NCBI GenBank assembly: GCA_052387095.1
Contig: JBQTJN010000044.1
Location: 310-64,309, forward strand
DNA length: 64,000 nt
DNA from: Alphaproteobacteria bacterium
GTDB lineage: Bacteria > Pseudomonadota > Alphaproteobacteria > Micavibrionales > Micavibrionaceae
Reading direction: 5' to 3'
Both the position numbers and the translations under genes were made by a program. The notes below the pieces were generated by a model. That model did no database searches. It had not been told where the DNA came from and saw only the letters and a program-made list of their open reading frames with translations. Numbering within the stretch: position 1 is the first letter of the stretch; the number at the start of each line of letters is the position of its first letter. Below are positions 1 through 10,117 of this stretch, in pieces.

Positions 1-71
1 TTCATTCGCTCGCGATGACGATATTTTACTCTCCGTCATTGCGAACAACCAACGGGAGCGAAGCAATCCAG
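1..71. repeat. Two partial copies of the GTCATTGCGAG...GCAATCCAG palindromic intergenic element (family 1)
   Basis: Nt 5-19 TTCGCTCGCGATGAC is the 3' terminus of a copy cut by the window edge. Nt 35-71 GTCATTGCGAAC...GCAATCCAG is a solo 5' half. Both match the termini of the full copies at 3250, 4825, 22540 and 41491. Confidence 0.6.
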
Positions 72-125
72 TCCTTTATTTGACGCATGCTCTGTCCCAT
101 GCCATTGATGACCCCGGAGAAAACC

Positions 126-956
126 ATGACCCCAAAAACCATCAAAATTCATAATTTCGAGATCGCCAATCACCTGCCCTTCGTGCTGATCGCCGGGCCC
201 TGCGCGCTGGAAAGTCGCGACCATGCCGAAGATATGTGCGGCAGGCTGAAAGAGCTGACTGTAAAATTGAACATCCCTTTTATCTATAAAACGTCCTACG
301 ACAAGGCCAACCGGACATCGCTGAAGGGGGCACGCGGCCTCGGCATGGAGAAGGGACTTGAGATCCTGGCTGGCGTTGGAAAAAAATTCGACGTGCCGAC
401 CATCACGGATGTGCACCTGCCCGATCACTGCGCAGCTGTCGCGGAAAACGTCGATGTCCTGCAAATTCCAGCGTTTTTATGCCGCCAGACAGATTTGCTT
501 ATTGCCGCTGCAAAAACCGGCAAGGCGATCAACGTGAAGAAGGGCCAGTTCCTCGCGCCGTGGGATATGGAGAATGTCGCTGCTAAAATCGCGGGCTCCG
601 GCAACGACAACATTATGCTTTGCGAACGCGGTGCCAGCTTCGGATACAACACGCTCGTTTCCGATATGCGCTCTATTCCGATCATGCAAAAAACCGGCTA
701 CCCCGTGATTTACGATGCCACCCATTCGGTTCAGCAGCCGGGCGGGCAGGGCGCTTCTTCGGGGGGCGACCGCACGTTTGTCCCGGTCCTGGCCCGTGCC
801 GCCGTGGCCGTGGGTGTGGCCGGCATTTTCATAGAAACCCACGAGGACCCTGATAAAGCCCCCTCGGACGGCCCTAATATGGTTAAATTCAAGGACTTGC
901 CGGAGATTCTGGAAACCTTGGTAAAGCTGGATTGTATCGCCAAGAATCTGCTATAA
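126..956 (+). CDS. kdsA: 2-dehydro-3-deoxyphosphooctonate (KDO-8-P) aldolase
   Basis: ORF 87-956. The translation ([38 protein letters not shown]) is typical KdsA. The internal ATG at 126 (MTPKTIK) gives the canonical length of about 276 aa. Confidence 0.93.
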   Translation: MTPKTIKIHNFEIANHLPFVLIAGPCALESRDHAEDMCGRLKELTVKLNIPFIYKTSYDKANRTSLKGARGLGMEKGLEILAGVGKKFDVPTITDVHLPDHCAAVAENVDVLQIPAFLCRQTDLLIAAAKTGKAINVKKGQFLAPWDMENVAAKIAGSGNDNIMLCERGASFGYNTLVSDMRSIPIMQKTGYPVIYDATHSVQQPGGQGASSGGDRTFVPVLARAAVAVGVAGIFIETHEDPDKAPSDGPNMVKFKDLPEILETLVKLDCIAKNLL

Positions 957-1024
957 TAGGAATAGGTAGAAACCTTAAAAGGCGTAACCGGAGGCCACGT
1001 AGTGGGCGAAGGCACGGAAAAAAT

Positions 1025-1381
1025 ATGACCGACGTTGCAGGAGCATCGCGATATCTGAGCGCTTCAACTCTTGCTAATGTGCAGGGTATTTCCCCTTATA
1101 CGGCAAGTCTTCTCGATGGCGGCACCGGCGCGCAAAGCCTGCTCGATTCCGGCCGTCGCATTAACCGCAGCGGTGTTGGCATATCTGCCAGTTCACGTGC
1201 GCTCGCCGATCAGTTCATTGGCGGCAATGCAAGCAAGTATAACCAGCTCCTGTCACTGGGCGTCGGCGCCGGCCTGACCGTTGAAGGGCTGAAAACCCAG
1301 ATCAACGGTCTGCGGGCCTCTCTGCCCGACAGCGCGATTGCAGAATCCCTGCGCGGCAAGACGATCGACGAACAGGCGTGA
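1025..1381 (+). CDS. Hypothetical protein, Ser/Gly/Ala/Leu-rich, no recognised domain
   Basis: ORF 932-1381. The first ATG not overlapping kdsA is at 1025 (MTDVAGASRYLSAS...). Composition resembles the neighbouring genes. The SD is weak and I recognise no family. Confidence 0.4.
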   Translation: MTDVAGASRYLSASTLANVQGISPYTASLLDGGTGAQSLLDSGRRINRSGVGISASSRALADQFIGGNASKYNQLLSLGVGAGLTVEGLKTQINGLRASLPDSAIAESLRGKTIDEQA

Positions 1382-1423
1382 TTAACAGCTTGCTTCTCAA
1401 AAATTCCGGCATTAAATAAAGAT

Positions 1424-3245
<1,822 letters not shown>

Positions 3246-3249
3246 CCTC

Positions 3250-3331
3250 GTCATTGCGAGGAGGCCGAAGGCGGACGCGGCAATCCAGAAAAGACTGGAT
3301 CGCCGGGCTCACGTTGTTCGCTCGCGATGAC
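3250..3331. repeat. Family-1 palindromic element (GTCATTGCGAG...GCAATCCAG / CTGGATCGC...CGCTCGCGATGAC)
   Basis: A long imperfect inverted repeat beginning 5 nt downstream of the last base of the eno stop codon. Its termini are shared with the copies at 4825, 22540 and 41491. Confidence 0.8.
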
Positions 3332-3410
3332 AGTATTAGAGTGTTCTCTCTTTGTACTCATTAAGTCACTGACTCTATTACGTTTTTCGCCTTGACGCCA
3401 CGAATCGGGT

Positions 3411-3740
3411 GTGATTCACTCAATACTTATGCACAGGTTCTTCCCGCAAAACCATTTCATACGCCAGAATATCGTCGCACTCGTGGCGGTAGCCGTCTGT
3501 TTTTACTTTGTTTACCACACGTTTCAGGGGAACCGCAGCCTGGCCCGCCTTTTAAATCAGAATAATGAAATTGCTACAATGTCGCTAAAATACGACACAA
3601 AAAAGGCTGAACGGATTGCGCTGGAAAAAAAAGTAGTTATGATGCGTCCCGGATCTTTGGACAGGGATCTTCTCGAAGAGCGGGCCAAGGCGGTTCTGGG
3701 TTACAAAAATAAAGACGAATTCGTCGTCCTCCCCGAATAG
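3411..3740 (+). CDS. ftsB: Septum formation initiator family protein (FtsB/DivIC-like)
   Basis: Small protein with one TM segment followed by a coiled-coil (LARLLNQNNEIATM...KKAERIALEKK) and a RDLLEERAK tail. It sits between eno and pdhA, as is usual in alphaproteobacteria. The start is GTG 3411 or ATG 3429. Confidence 0.75.
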   Translation: MIHSILMHRFFPQNHFIRQNIVALVAVAVCFYFVYHTFQGNRSLARLLNQNNEIATMSLKYDTKKAERIALEKKVVMMRPGSLDRDLLEERAKAVLGYKNKDEFVVLPE

Positions 3741-3791
3741 CAGGCTCCCCAATGTTCAAAGAATAGTGTTTCAACCGGAGCATCTTTTACC

Positions 3792-4811
3792 GTGGCGACT
3801 GCAAAACCAAAAAAGAAAACCAGTAATAAAAATATTTCAAACGTTTCGCCGGATCCGTCCGCGGAAGAGATGAAAAAACTCTACCGCGAAATGCTGCTCA
3901 TCCGCCGTTTCGAGGAAAAGGCCGGCCAGCTTTACGGCATGGGGCTGATCGGCGGCTTCTGCCATCTTTATATCGGCCAGGAAGCTGTCGTGACCGGCAT
4001 CAATTCCGTACAGGAAAAGAAAGACTCCGTCGTTACGTCTTATCGCGATCACGCTCACATGCTGGCTTGCGGCATGGATGCGCGCGGCATCATGGCCGAG
4101 CTGACGGGACGCCAAACCGGCTATTCGCGCGGCAAGGGCGGCTCCATGCATATGTTCAGCCGCGAACAGAATTTCTACGGCGGCCATGGCATTGTCGGTG
4201 CCAGCACTTCAATTGGCACCGGTCTCGGTTTTGCGCACAAATACCGCGCCGACGGCGGCGTAGCGATGGCCTATATGGGTGACGGCGCCGCCAATCAGGG
4301 GCAGGTCGCGGAATGCTACAACATGGCGGCGCTGTGGGATCTTCCCGTGCTTTTTGTCATTGAAAATAACCAGTACGGCATGGGCACCAGCGTCCAGCGC
4401 GCCGCCGCCGGCCAGCTTTATAAACGCGGCGAAGGCTACAGCATCCCCGGCGAGCAGGTCGACGGCATGGATGTGTTCGCCGTGCAGGCCGCCGCGCGCC
4501 AGGCGCTCGATTATATCCGCAGCGGCAACGGCCCCTATGTGCTCGAGGTCATGACATACCGTTACCGCGGCCATTCCATGTCGGATCCCGCGAAATACCG
4601 CACGAAAGAGGAAGTCGCCGGTTACAAGGACAACCGCGATCCTATCACGTCGCTGCTGGCGAAAATGCAGAAGGCCGGGGTGAAGGAAGATGACATTAAA
4701 AAAATCGACAGTGAAATTAAAAACATCGTCAATGACGCCGCCGAATTTGCACAAGAATCGCCCGAACTCCCCGCGGATGATCTCTGGACCGATGTATTGG
4801 TGGAAATATGA
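3792..4811 (+). CDS. pdhA: Pyruvate dehydrogenase E1 component, alpha subunit
   Basis: LLIRRFEEKAGQLYGMGLIGGFCHLYIGQEA, YRDHAH, GKGGSMHMF and YRYRGHSMSDP are canonical E1-alpha. GTG start. Confidence 0.95.
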   Translation: MATAKPKKKTSNKNISNVSPDPSAEEMKKLYREMLLIRRFEEKAGQLYGMGLIGGFCHLYIGQEAVVTGINSVQEKKDSVVTSYRDHAHMLACGMDARGIMAELTGRQTGYSRGKGGSMHMFSREQNFYGGHGIVGASTSIGTGLGFAHKYRADGGVAMAYMGDGAANQGQVAECYNMAALWDLPVLFVIENNQYGMGTSVQRAAAGQLYKRGEGYSIPGEQVDGMDVFAVQAAARQALDYIRSGNGPYVLEVMTYRYRGHSMSDPAKYRTKEEVAGYKDNRDPITSLLAKMQKAGVKEDDIKKIDSEIKNIVNDAAEFAQESPELPADDLWTDVLVEI

Positions 4812-4824
4812 GATCTCTAATGGC

Positions 4825-4918
4825 GTCATTGCGAGCGAACGTTGAGAGCTAAGCAATCCAGGTGTGTGCTTTTAAGGAGACTCCTGGATTGCCGCGTCGC
4901 TTCGCTCTTCGCAATGAC
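4825..4918. repeat. Family-1 palindromic element between pdhA and pdhB
   Basis: GTCATTGCGAGCGAAC...AAGCAATCCAGG-loop-CCTGGATTGCCGCG...CTCTTCGCAATGAC. It starts 14 nt after the pdhA stop and ends 25 nt before the pdhB ATG. Confidence 0.85.
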
Positions 4919-4942
4919 GAAACTATGATTTGAGAGAAAAGA

Positions 4943-6391
4943 ATGCCGATTAAAATCCTGATGCCCGCGCTATCGCCGACCCTGACCGAGGGCACGCTCG
5001 CGAAGTGGCTGAAGAAGGAAGGCGATGCCGTGAAGGCAGGTGACGTCATCGCCGAGATCGAAACCGACAAGGCAACGATGGAGGTCGAAGCCGTCGATGA
5101 AGGTATTCTCGGGAAGATCCTCGTGCCCGAAGGCACGGAGCATGTTGCCGTCAATGCGGTGATCGCGGTGCTGGTGGAGGAAGGTGAAACTGTACCGGAG
5201 GATTCGTTTACCGACATTCCTTGTATTCCAAATCAAAACCCCTCACCCCAACCCTCTCCCGTCGGGAGAGGGAGGGACCCGCGCGAAGCGGGGGAGGGTG
5301 AGGGGCAAGCCTTTCAACCCGAAGGCCGCGTCATCGAAAACCGCGATATTTTATATGCGCAAGGGCACGTGCTTGAGCCGCCGCCGTTCGATGAATCCTC
5401 TTTCACCGAAATGAAAACCCAGACCGTGCGCGAAGCCTTGCGCGACGCCATGGCCGAAGAAATGCGCCGCGATAAGGATGTGTTCCTGCTCGGTGAGGAA
5501 GTCGCCGAATACCAGGGCGCGTATAAAGTATCGCAAGGCCTGCTGGACGAATTCGGTCCCAGGCGCATCATCGATACACCGATCACGGAACATGGTTTCA
5601 CCGGCATGGCTGTCGGCGCCGCAATGACGGGTCTCAAACCCATCGTCGAGTTCATGACCTGGAATTTCGGGATGCAGGCGATCGATCACATTATAAACTC
5701 CGCTGCCAAGACCTTATATATGGCGGGCGGCAAACTGGGCTGCCCGATTGTTTTCCGCGGGCCCAACGGCGCGGCCAGCCGCGTCGGCGCTCAGCACTCG
5801 CAGGATTATGCGAGCTGGTACGGTCACATTCCCGGCCTGAAAGTCGTCGCGCCATGGTCCGGCGCCGATGCCAAGGGCCTGCTCAAGGCCGCGATCCGCG
5901 ATCCGAACCCGGTTGTCGTGCTGGAAAATGAAATGATTTACGGCCAGAGTTTTGAAGTGCCGACGGATGAGGAATTCGTCATTCCCATTGGCCGCGCGAA
6001 AATCGAGCGCGCCGGAAATGATGTCACGATCGTGGCTTATTCCATTATGGTCGGCAAGGCGCTCGAAGCAGCCAAGCAACTCGCGGAGGAGGGGATCGAC
6101 GCCGAGGTGATTAACCTTCGCACCATCCGCCCGCTCGACCGGTATACAATTTTGGAAAGCGTAAGAAAAACCAACCGCATTGTCAGTGTCGAGGAAAGCT
6201 GGCCGTTCGCCGGTATCGGCTCGGAAATCGCCGCGCTCTGCATGGAGCATGCGTTCGATGATCTGGATGCGCCGGTGGTGCGCGTCTGCGCCGCCGATGT
6301 GCCGCTGCCTTATGCGGCAGGTCTCGAAGCGCTGGCCTCACCGCAGCCTCAACATATTATCGAGGCTGCGAGAAAGGTGTGTTACCGGTGA
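4943..6391 (+). CDS. pdhB: Pyruvate dehydrogenase E1 component, beta subunit, with N-terminal lipoyl domain
   Basis: The N-terminus ([14 protein letters not shown]) is a lipoyl-attachment domain, followed by a linker and then the E1-beta core ([35 protein letters not shown]). Confidence 0.95.
   Translation: MPIKILMPALSPTLTEGTLAKWLKKEGDAVKAGDVIAEIETDKATMEVEAVDEGILGKILVPEGTEHVAVNAVIAVLVEEGETVPEDSFTDIPCIPNQNPSPQPSPVGRGRDPREAGEGEGQAFQPEGRVIENRDILYAQGHVLEPPPFDESSFTEMKTQTVREALRDAMAEEMRRDKDVFLLGEEVAEYQGAYKVSQGLLDEFGPRRIIDTPITEHGFTGMAVGAAMTGLKPIVEFMTWNFGMQAIDHIINSAAKTLYMAGGKLGCPIVFRGPNGAASRVGAQHSQDYASWYGHIPGLKVVAPWSGADAKGLLKAAIRDPNPVVVLENEMIYGQSFEVPTDEEFVIPIGRAKIERAGNDVTIVAYSIMVGKALEAAKQLAEEGIDAEVINLRTIRPLDRYTILESVRKTNRIVSVEESWPFAGIGSEIAALCMEHAFDDLDAPVVRVCAADVPLPYAAGLEALASPQPQHIIEAARKVCYR
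5239..5305. repeat. Family-2 palindromic element (CCCCTCACCC...GGGAGAGGG...GGGTGAGGGG) inserted in frame in the pdhB linker
   Basis: Has terminal inverted repeats plus an internal CTCTCCC/GGGAGAG hairpin. It is read through as [22 protein letters not shown] without a stop. A reverse-orientation copy lies in pdhC. Confidence 0.8.
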
Positions 6392-6399
6392 AAATCTTT

Positions 6400-6648
6400 T
6401 TAAGGGCTAGCGAAATAACGTTGGGCGTGTGCAACGGCTTCAATACCGCCAAGTACTTGTATAATTTTGCCAGAGATCTCTGGGGAAACTTGAGCTCCGT
6501 TTACAAGAAAATCCCTAACCAAATCTATCTCTACACCGGCACGACCGGAAATTTTTGCAACACTAAAAGCTCCGCCAGGTGCTATTTGACTATTTTGGCC
6601 GCCAAGTTGAGGGGTAAAATTTGTTTTCAAGAAAGAATCTTTGCTCAT
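6400..6648 (-). CDS. Hypothetical small protein (82 aa), antisense to the pdh gene direction
   Basis: ATG at 6648 (MSKDSFLKTNFTPQLGGQNS...) with a GGGGGT SD-like run about 8 nt upstream. It lies in an AT-rich 388-nt gap between pdhB and pdhC. I recognise no family. Confidence 0.35.
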   Translation of the reverse strand: MSKDSFLKTNFTPQLGGQNSQIAPGGAFSVAKISGRAGVEIDLVRDFLVNGAQVSPEISGKIIQVLGGIEAVAHAQRYFASP

Positions 6649-6779
6649 TACTGTTACCCCCAAAAATTAAGGTTATTTATAACAATTTGTGCGTTTATAA
6701 ACCAAATGATCTGGAAAGTCAAAAGAAAAGCATCCTTAAACCCTAATTATACGCAACTTTCTTATCAACGTGAGGTTGT

Positions 6780-8063
6780 ATGCCGATAAATATTACCATG
6801 CCGGCTTTATCGCCCACCATGACCGACGGCACGCTCGCGAAGTGGCTGAAGAAGGAAGGCGACGCTGTGAAGGCCGGCGATGTCATCGCCGAGATCGAAA
6901 CCGACAAGGCGACCATGGAGGTCGAAGCGGTTGACGAAGGCATTCTCGGAAAAATCCTGGTGCCCGAAGGTACGGAACATGTCGCCGTCAATGCCGTCAT
7001 CGCGATCCTGCTGGAAGAAGGGGAAGATAAGAGCGCGTTGGTTGCATCACCAAGTAAAATACAAAAGAAAGAGGAATCAAAACCGTCGGTTGTTCTGCCT
7101 CCCTCACCCTCCCGCGCTGCGCGCGGGTCCCACCCTCTCCCCACGGGAGAGGGTGATCGAGCGCAAGCGAGATCGGGTGAGGGGCAACGCATTTTCGCTT
7201 CCCCCCTTGCCAAACGCCTGGCAAGAGAACGCGGCATTGATCTTTTCTCCGTACGCGGCTCCGGCCCGCGCGGGCGCATTATCCGGGATGATATCCTGAA
7301 TGCCGGCAGTGGCCCCGGCGCCGCGCCTGCACGCCCCACCGGACCGGATGCAAAAAAACTCGCCGACCAGTTAGGCATGAAATACAAGGAAATTCCTAAC
7401 AATGCGATCCGCAAGATTGTCGCCGCGCGCCTGCAGGAATCGAAGCAACTCGTGCCGCATTTCTACCTGACCATTGATTGCGTCATCGACAATCTTCTGG
7501 CTTCCCGCAAGGACCTCAACGAGAAGGGGGAGGGCGCCTACAAACTCTCAGTCAATGATTTCGTCATCAAGGCCGCCGCCATGGCGCTGAAATCTTACCC
7601 GGCCGCCAATGTCGCCTGGACCGACGCCGCCATTCTCCAGTATGAAAGTGCGGATATCTCCGTCGCTGTCGCCACGCCGAACGGCCTGATGACGCCGATC
7701 GTCAAGGCCGCCGAAACCAAGGGTCTTAAACAAATCTCAGAAGAGGTGAAAGATCTCGCCAGACGCGCGCGCGATAGTAAGCTTAAGCCCGAGGAATTCC
7801 AGGGCGGCACCTTCACCATTTCCAATCTCGGCATGTACGGCATTAAGGATTTCGGTGCCATCATCAACCCGCCGCAGGCCTGCATCCTCGCCGTCGGCGG
7901 AGGGGTTGAACAGCCGGTCGTCGAAAATGGCGAAATCGTGATCCGCACTATCATGTCCTGCACGCTTTCCGTCGATCACCGCGCCGTCGATGGCGCGGTC
8001 GGCGCAGAATATCTGCAGACCTTCAAGAAATATTTGGAGAACCCCGTGAGCATCCTGCTATGA
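6780..8063 (+). CDS. pdhC: Pyruvate dehydrogenase E2 component (dihydrolipoamide acetyltransferase)
   Basis: Contains a lipoyl domain, an E3-binding domain ([16 protein letters not shown]) and a catalytic domain with the [11 protein letters not shown] motif. Confidence 0.95.
   Translation: MPINITMPALSPTMTDGTLAKWLKKEGDAVKAGDVIAEIETDKATMEVEAVDEGILGKILVPEGTEHVAVNAVIAILLEEGEDKSALVASPSKIQKKEESKPSVVLPPSPSRAARGSHPLPTGEGDRAQARSGEGQRIFASPLAKRLARERGIDLFSVRGSGPRGRIIRDDILNAGSGPGAAPARPTGPDAKKLADQLGMKYKEIPNNAIRKIVAARLQESKQLVPHFYLTIDCVIDNLLASRKDLNEKGEGAYKLSVNDFVIKAAAMALKSYPAANVAWTDAAILQYESADISVAVATPNGLMTPIVKAAETKGLKQISEEVKDLARRARDSKLKPEEFQGGTFTISNLGMYGIKDFGAIINPPQACILAVGGGVEQPVVENGEIVIRTIMSCTLSVDHRAVDGAVGAEYLQTFKKYLENPVSILL
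7100..7184. repeat. Family-2 palindromic element, reverse orientation, in frame in the pdhC linker
   Basis: CCCTCACCCTCCCGCGCTGCGCGCGGGTCCCACCCTCTCCCCACGGGAGAGGG...GGGTGAGGGG matches the reverse complement of 5239-5305, with about 20 extra nt. It is translated as [30 protein letters not shown]. Confidence 0.8.
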
Positions 8064-8617
8064 CGATTGCCTTCCGCCTGCCAATTGTAGGTGTCATGGG
8101 TTCGCACGAACACACGTGGGAAGAATTATCCGCGCCCGTGGGCCGCATGATCGCCCGCAAAGGCTGGCACCTGCTGACCGGCGGCGGGGGCGGTGTCATG
8201 GTCGCAGTCGCAAAGGCTTTCATGGCGGAAAAAAAACGCAAAGGTCTCAGCATCGGCATCATTCCGACCTTCGAGAAAGAAGGGCAGTTTTTGCGCCGCT
8301 CCGAATATCCCAATCCTTACATTGAAATCCCAGTCATAACGCCGCTCGATATTCGCGTTCTCAGCGACGCCATGCCCTATAGCCGCAATCATGTGAATGT
8401 CATGACCAGTGACGTTGTAATTATCCTGCCCGGTTCGCACGGCACGCAAAACGAAGCGTCGCTGTCCCTCATGCTGAATAAACCGCATATTCTCTATGGT
8501 CCGCCGGAAGCCTTCGCGGGATTTCCGGAAGGCGGCAAGCGCGTTCATGATTTTTGGGCGGTCGAGCATTTTGTTGAAGACGCGCTCACAGCTTTCTCAG
8601 GGAGTTACAGCATATGA
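8060..8617 (+). CDS. LOG/TIGR00725-like Rossmann-fold (SLOG) protein
   Basis: [16 protein letters not shown] and [14 protein letters not shown] resemble the GGGxGxM and PGGxGTxxE motifs of the LOG/TIGR00725 family. The start overlaps the pdhC stop (ATGA) and the stop overlaps the lpdA start (ATGA). Confidence 0.75.
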   Translation: MTIAFRLPIVGVMGSHEHTWEELSAPVGRMIARKGWHLLTGGGGGVMVAVAKAFMAEKKRKGLSIGIIPTFEKEGQFLRRSEYPNPYIEIPVITPLDIRVLSDAMPYSRNHVNVMTSDVVIILPGSHGTQNEASLSLMLNKPHILYGPPEAFAGFPEGGKRVHDFWAVEHFVEDALTAFSGSYSI

Positions 8618-10008
8618 AATCATTCGATCTTATCGTTATCGGTGGCGGCCCCGGCGGTTATGTCGCTGCCATCCGCGCCAGCCAGCTCGGCATGAAAGTG
8701 GCGCTGGTCGAGGCCGCTCATCTCGGCGGCATCTGCCTCAATTGGGGCTGCATCCCGACCAAGGCGCTGTTGCGCTCGGCGGAAATTTATACGCTGATCA
8801 AGCACGCCGATCAATTCGGCCTCAAGGTCGGCAGCGTCGAGATTGATTTCAAAAAGATTATCGAACGCTCACGCGGTGTCGCGGGGCAGCTCTCCAAGGG
8901 CATCGGCCACCTGATGAAAAAAAACAAGGTCACGGTTTTTGACGGCTGGGGCAAATTGCAGGGTAAAGGCAAAATTGCGGTTGAAAAAGACGGCAAGAAA
9001 ATCGAGGACCTCGAAGCAAAACATATCATTATCGCTACCGGTGCCCGCGCCCGCACATTGCCCGGCCTGGAACCGGACGGCAAGCTGATCTGGACTTATA
9101 AAGAGGCCATGGTGCCGGATGAATTGCCGAAATCGGTTCTCGTTGTCGGCTCCGGTGCTATCGGTATCGAATTCGCCAGCTTTTATAACGCGCTCGGCGC
9201 GGCTGTCACGGTTGTCGAGATCATGGATCGTGTGCTGCCCGTCGAGGACGAAGAAATTTCTAAGTTCGCGCAGAAAGCCTTTGAAAAGCGGGGCATGAAA
9301 ATCATCACCGGCGCCAAGGTGACAAAACTCGATAAATCCAAAACCAGCGTCAAAGCCACGATTGAAATCGGCGCGAAGAAAGCAGAACAAACCTTCGACC
9401 GCGTCATCATGGCGGTCGGCATTGTCGGCAACACGGAAAATATGGGGCTCGAAAACACCAAAGTCAAAGTGGATCGCGGCCAGATCGTCACCAATGAATG
9501 GCTGGTGACGGGTGAGCCAGGCGTTTATGCCATCGGCGACGTCGCGGGCGCGCCATGGCTCGCGCACAAGGCCAGTCATGAAGGCGTTATCTGCGTCGAG
9601 AAAATCGCCGGTGTGAAAGACGTTCATCCTATGAAGAAATCCAACATCCCGGGCTGCACTTACTGCACGCCGCAGGTCGCCAGCGTCGGCCTCACTGAAA
9701 AAGCTGCGAAGGAAAAAGGCCTTAAGGTAAAAGTCGGCCGCTTCCCGTTCATCGGCAACGGCAAGGCGATTGCGCTCGGCGAACCCGAAGGCCTCGTCAA
9801 AACCATTTTTGATGAAAAAACCGGCGAGCTCCTTGGCGCGCATATGATCGGCGCCGAAGTCACGGAACTGATCCAGGGTTACGTTATTGCCAGGACGCTG
9901 GAAACAACAGAAGCTGAACTCATGCACACCATCTTCGCCCACCCGACCTTAAGCGAAATGATGCATGAGAGCGTGCTGGATGCGTACGGGAAAGTTATTC
10001 ATTTTTAG
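8614..10008 (+). CDS. lpdA: Dihydrolipoyl dehydrogenase (E3)
   Basis: VIGGGPGGYVAAIRA (FAD site), GGICLNWGCIPTKALL (redox disulfide) and a C-terminal HAHPTLSE motif. Confidence 0.96.
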   Translation: MKSFDLIVIGGGPGGYVAAIRASQLGMKVALVEAAHLGGICLNWGCIPTKALLRSAEIYTLIKHADQFGLKVGSVEIDFKKIIERSRGVAGQLSKGIGHLMKKNKVTVFDGWGKLQGKGKIAVEKDGKKIEDLEAKHIIIATGARARTLPGLEPDGKLIWTYKEAMVPDELPKSVLVVGSGAIGIEFASFYNALGAAVTVVEIMDRVLPVEDEEISKFAQKAFEKRGMKIITGAKVTKLDKSKTSVKATIEIGAKKAEQTFDRVIMAVGIVGNTENMGLENTKVKVDRGQIVTNEWLVTGEPGVYAIGDVAGAPWLAHKASHEGVICVEKIAGVKDVHPMKKSNIPGCTYCTPQVASVGLTEKAAKEKGLKVKVGRFPFIGNGKAIALGEPEGLVKTIFDEKTGELLGAHMIGAEVTELIQGYVIARTLETTEAELMHTIFAHPTLSEMMHESVLDAYGKVIHF

Positions 10009-10117
10009 GTGAGCGATGTCAGACGAGGAGCTGGACTATTTTGATTCTCCGCCCGAGGAACTTCCCGCCTCCTGAAGCGTTAGTTCCGCGATATTTAAAA
10101 CAATTTCACGAACGCAT

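Noticed and set aside
6379-6789. A 136-aa plus-strand ORF bridging the pdhB stop and the pdhC start.
   Set aside because: It overlaps both flanking genes. It has a Cys/aromatic-rich, stop-avoiding but non-protein-like sequence and no SD. The minus-strand 82-aa frame looks more protein-like, though it too is uncertain.
6743-7414. A 223-aa minus-strand ORF opposite the 5' third of pdhC, with a similar one at 4849-5217 opposite pdhB.
   Set aside because: Both are antisense to the duplicated lipoyl-domain DNA plus the palindromic element, which is open in several frames. They resemble each other only because the underlying DNA is duplicated.
8166-8185. A search for sigma-54 promoters (TGGCAC-N5-TTGC) as possible NtrX targets, for example TGGCACCTGCTGACC inside the LOG-like gene.
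   Set aside because: No hit has the correct -12 element and all are intragenic. NtrX here also lacks a visible GAFTGA motif, so sigma-54 dependence is not expected.
10016-10075. A 19-aa acidic micro-ORF (MSDEELDYFDSPPEELPAS) after lpdA.
   Set aside because: It has no convincing SD, is very short, and has no structural motif. It is indistinguishable from chance.
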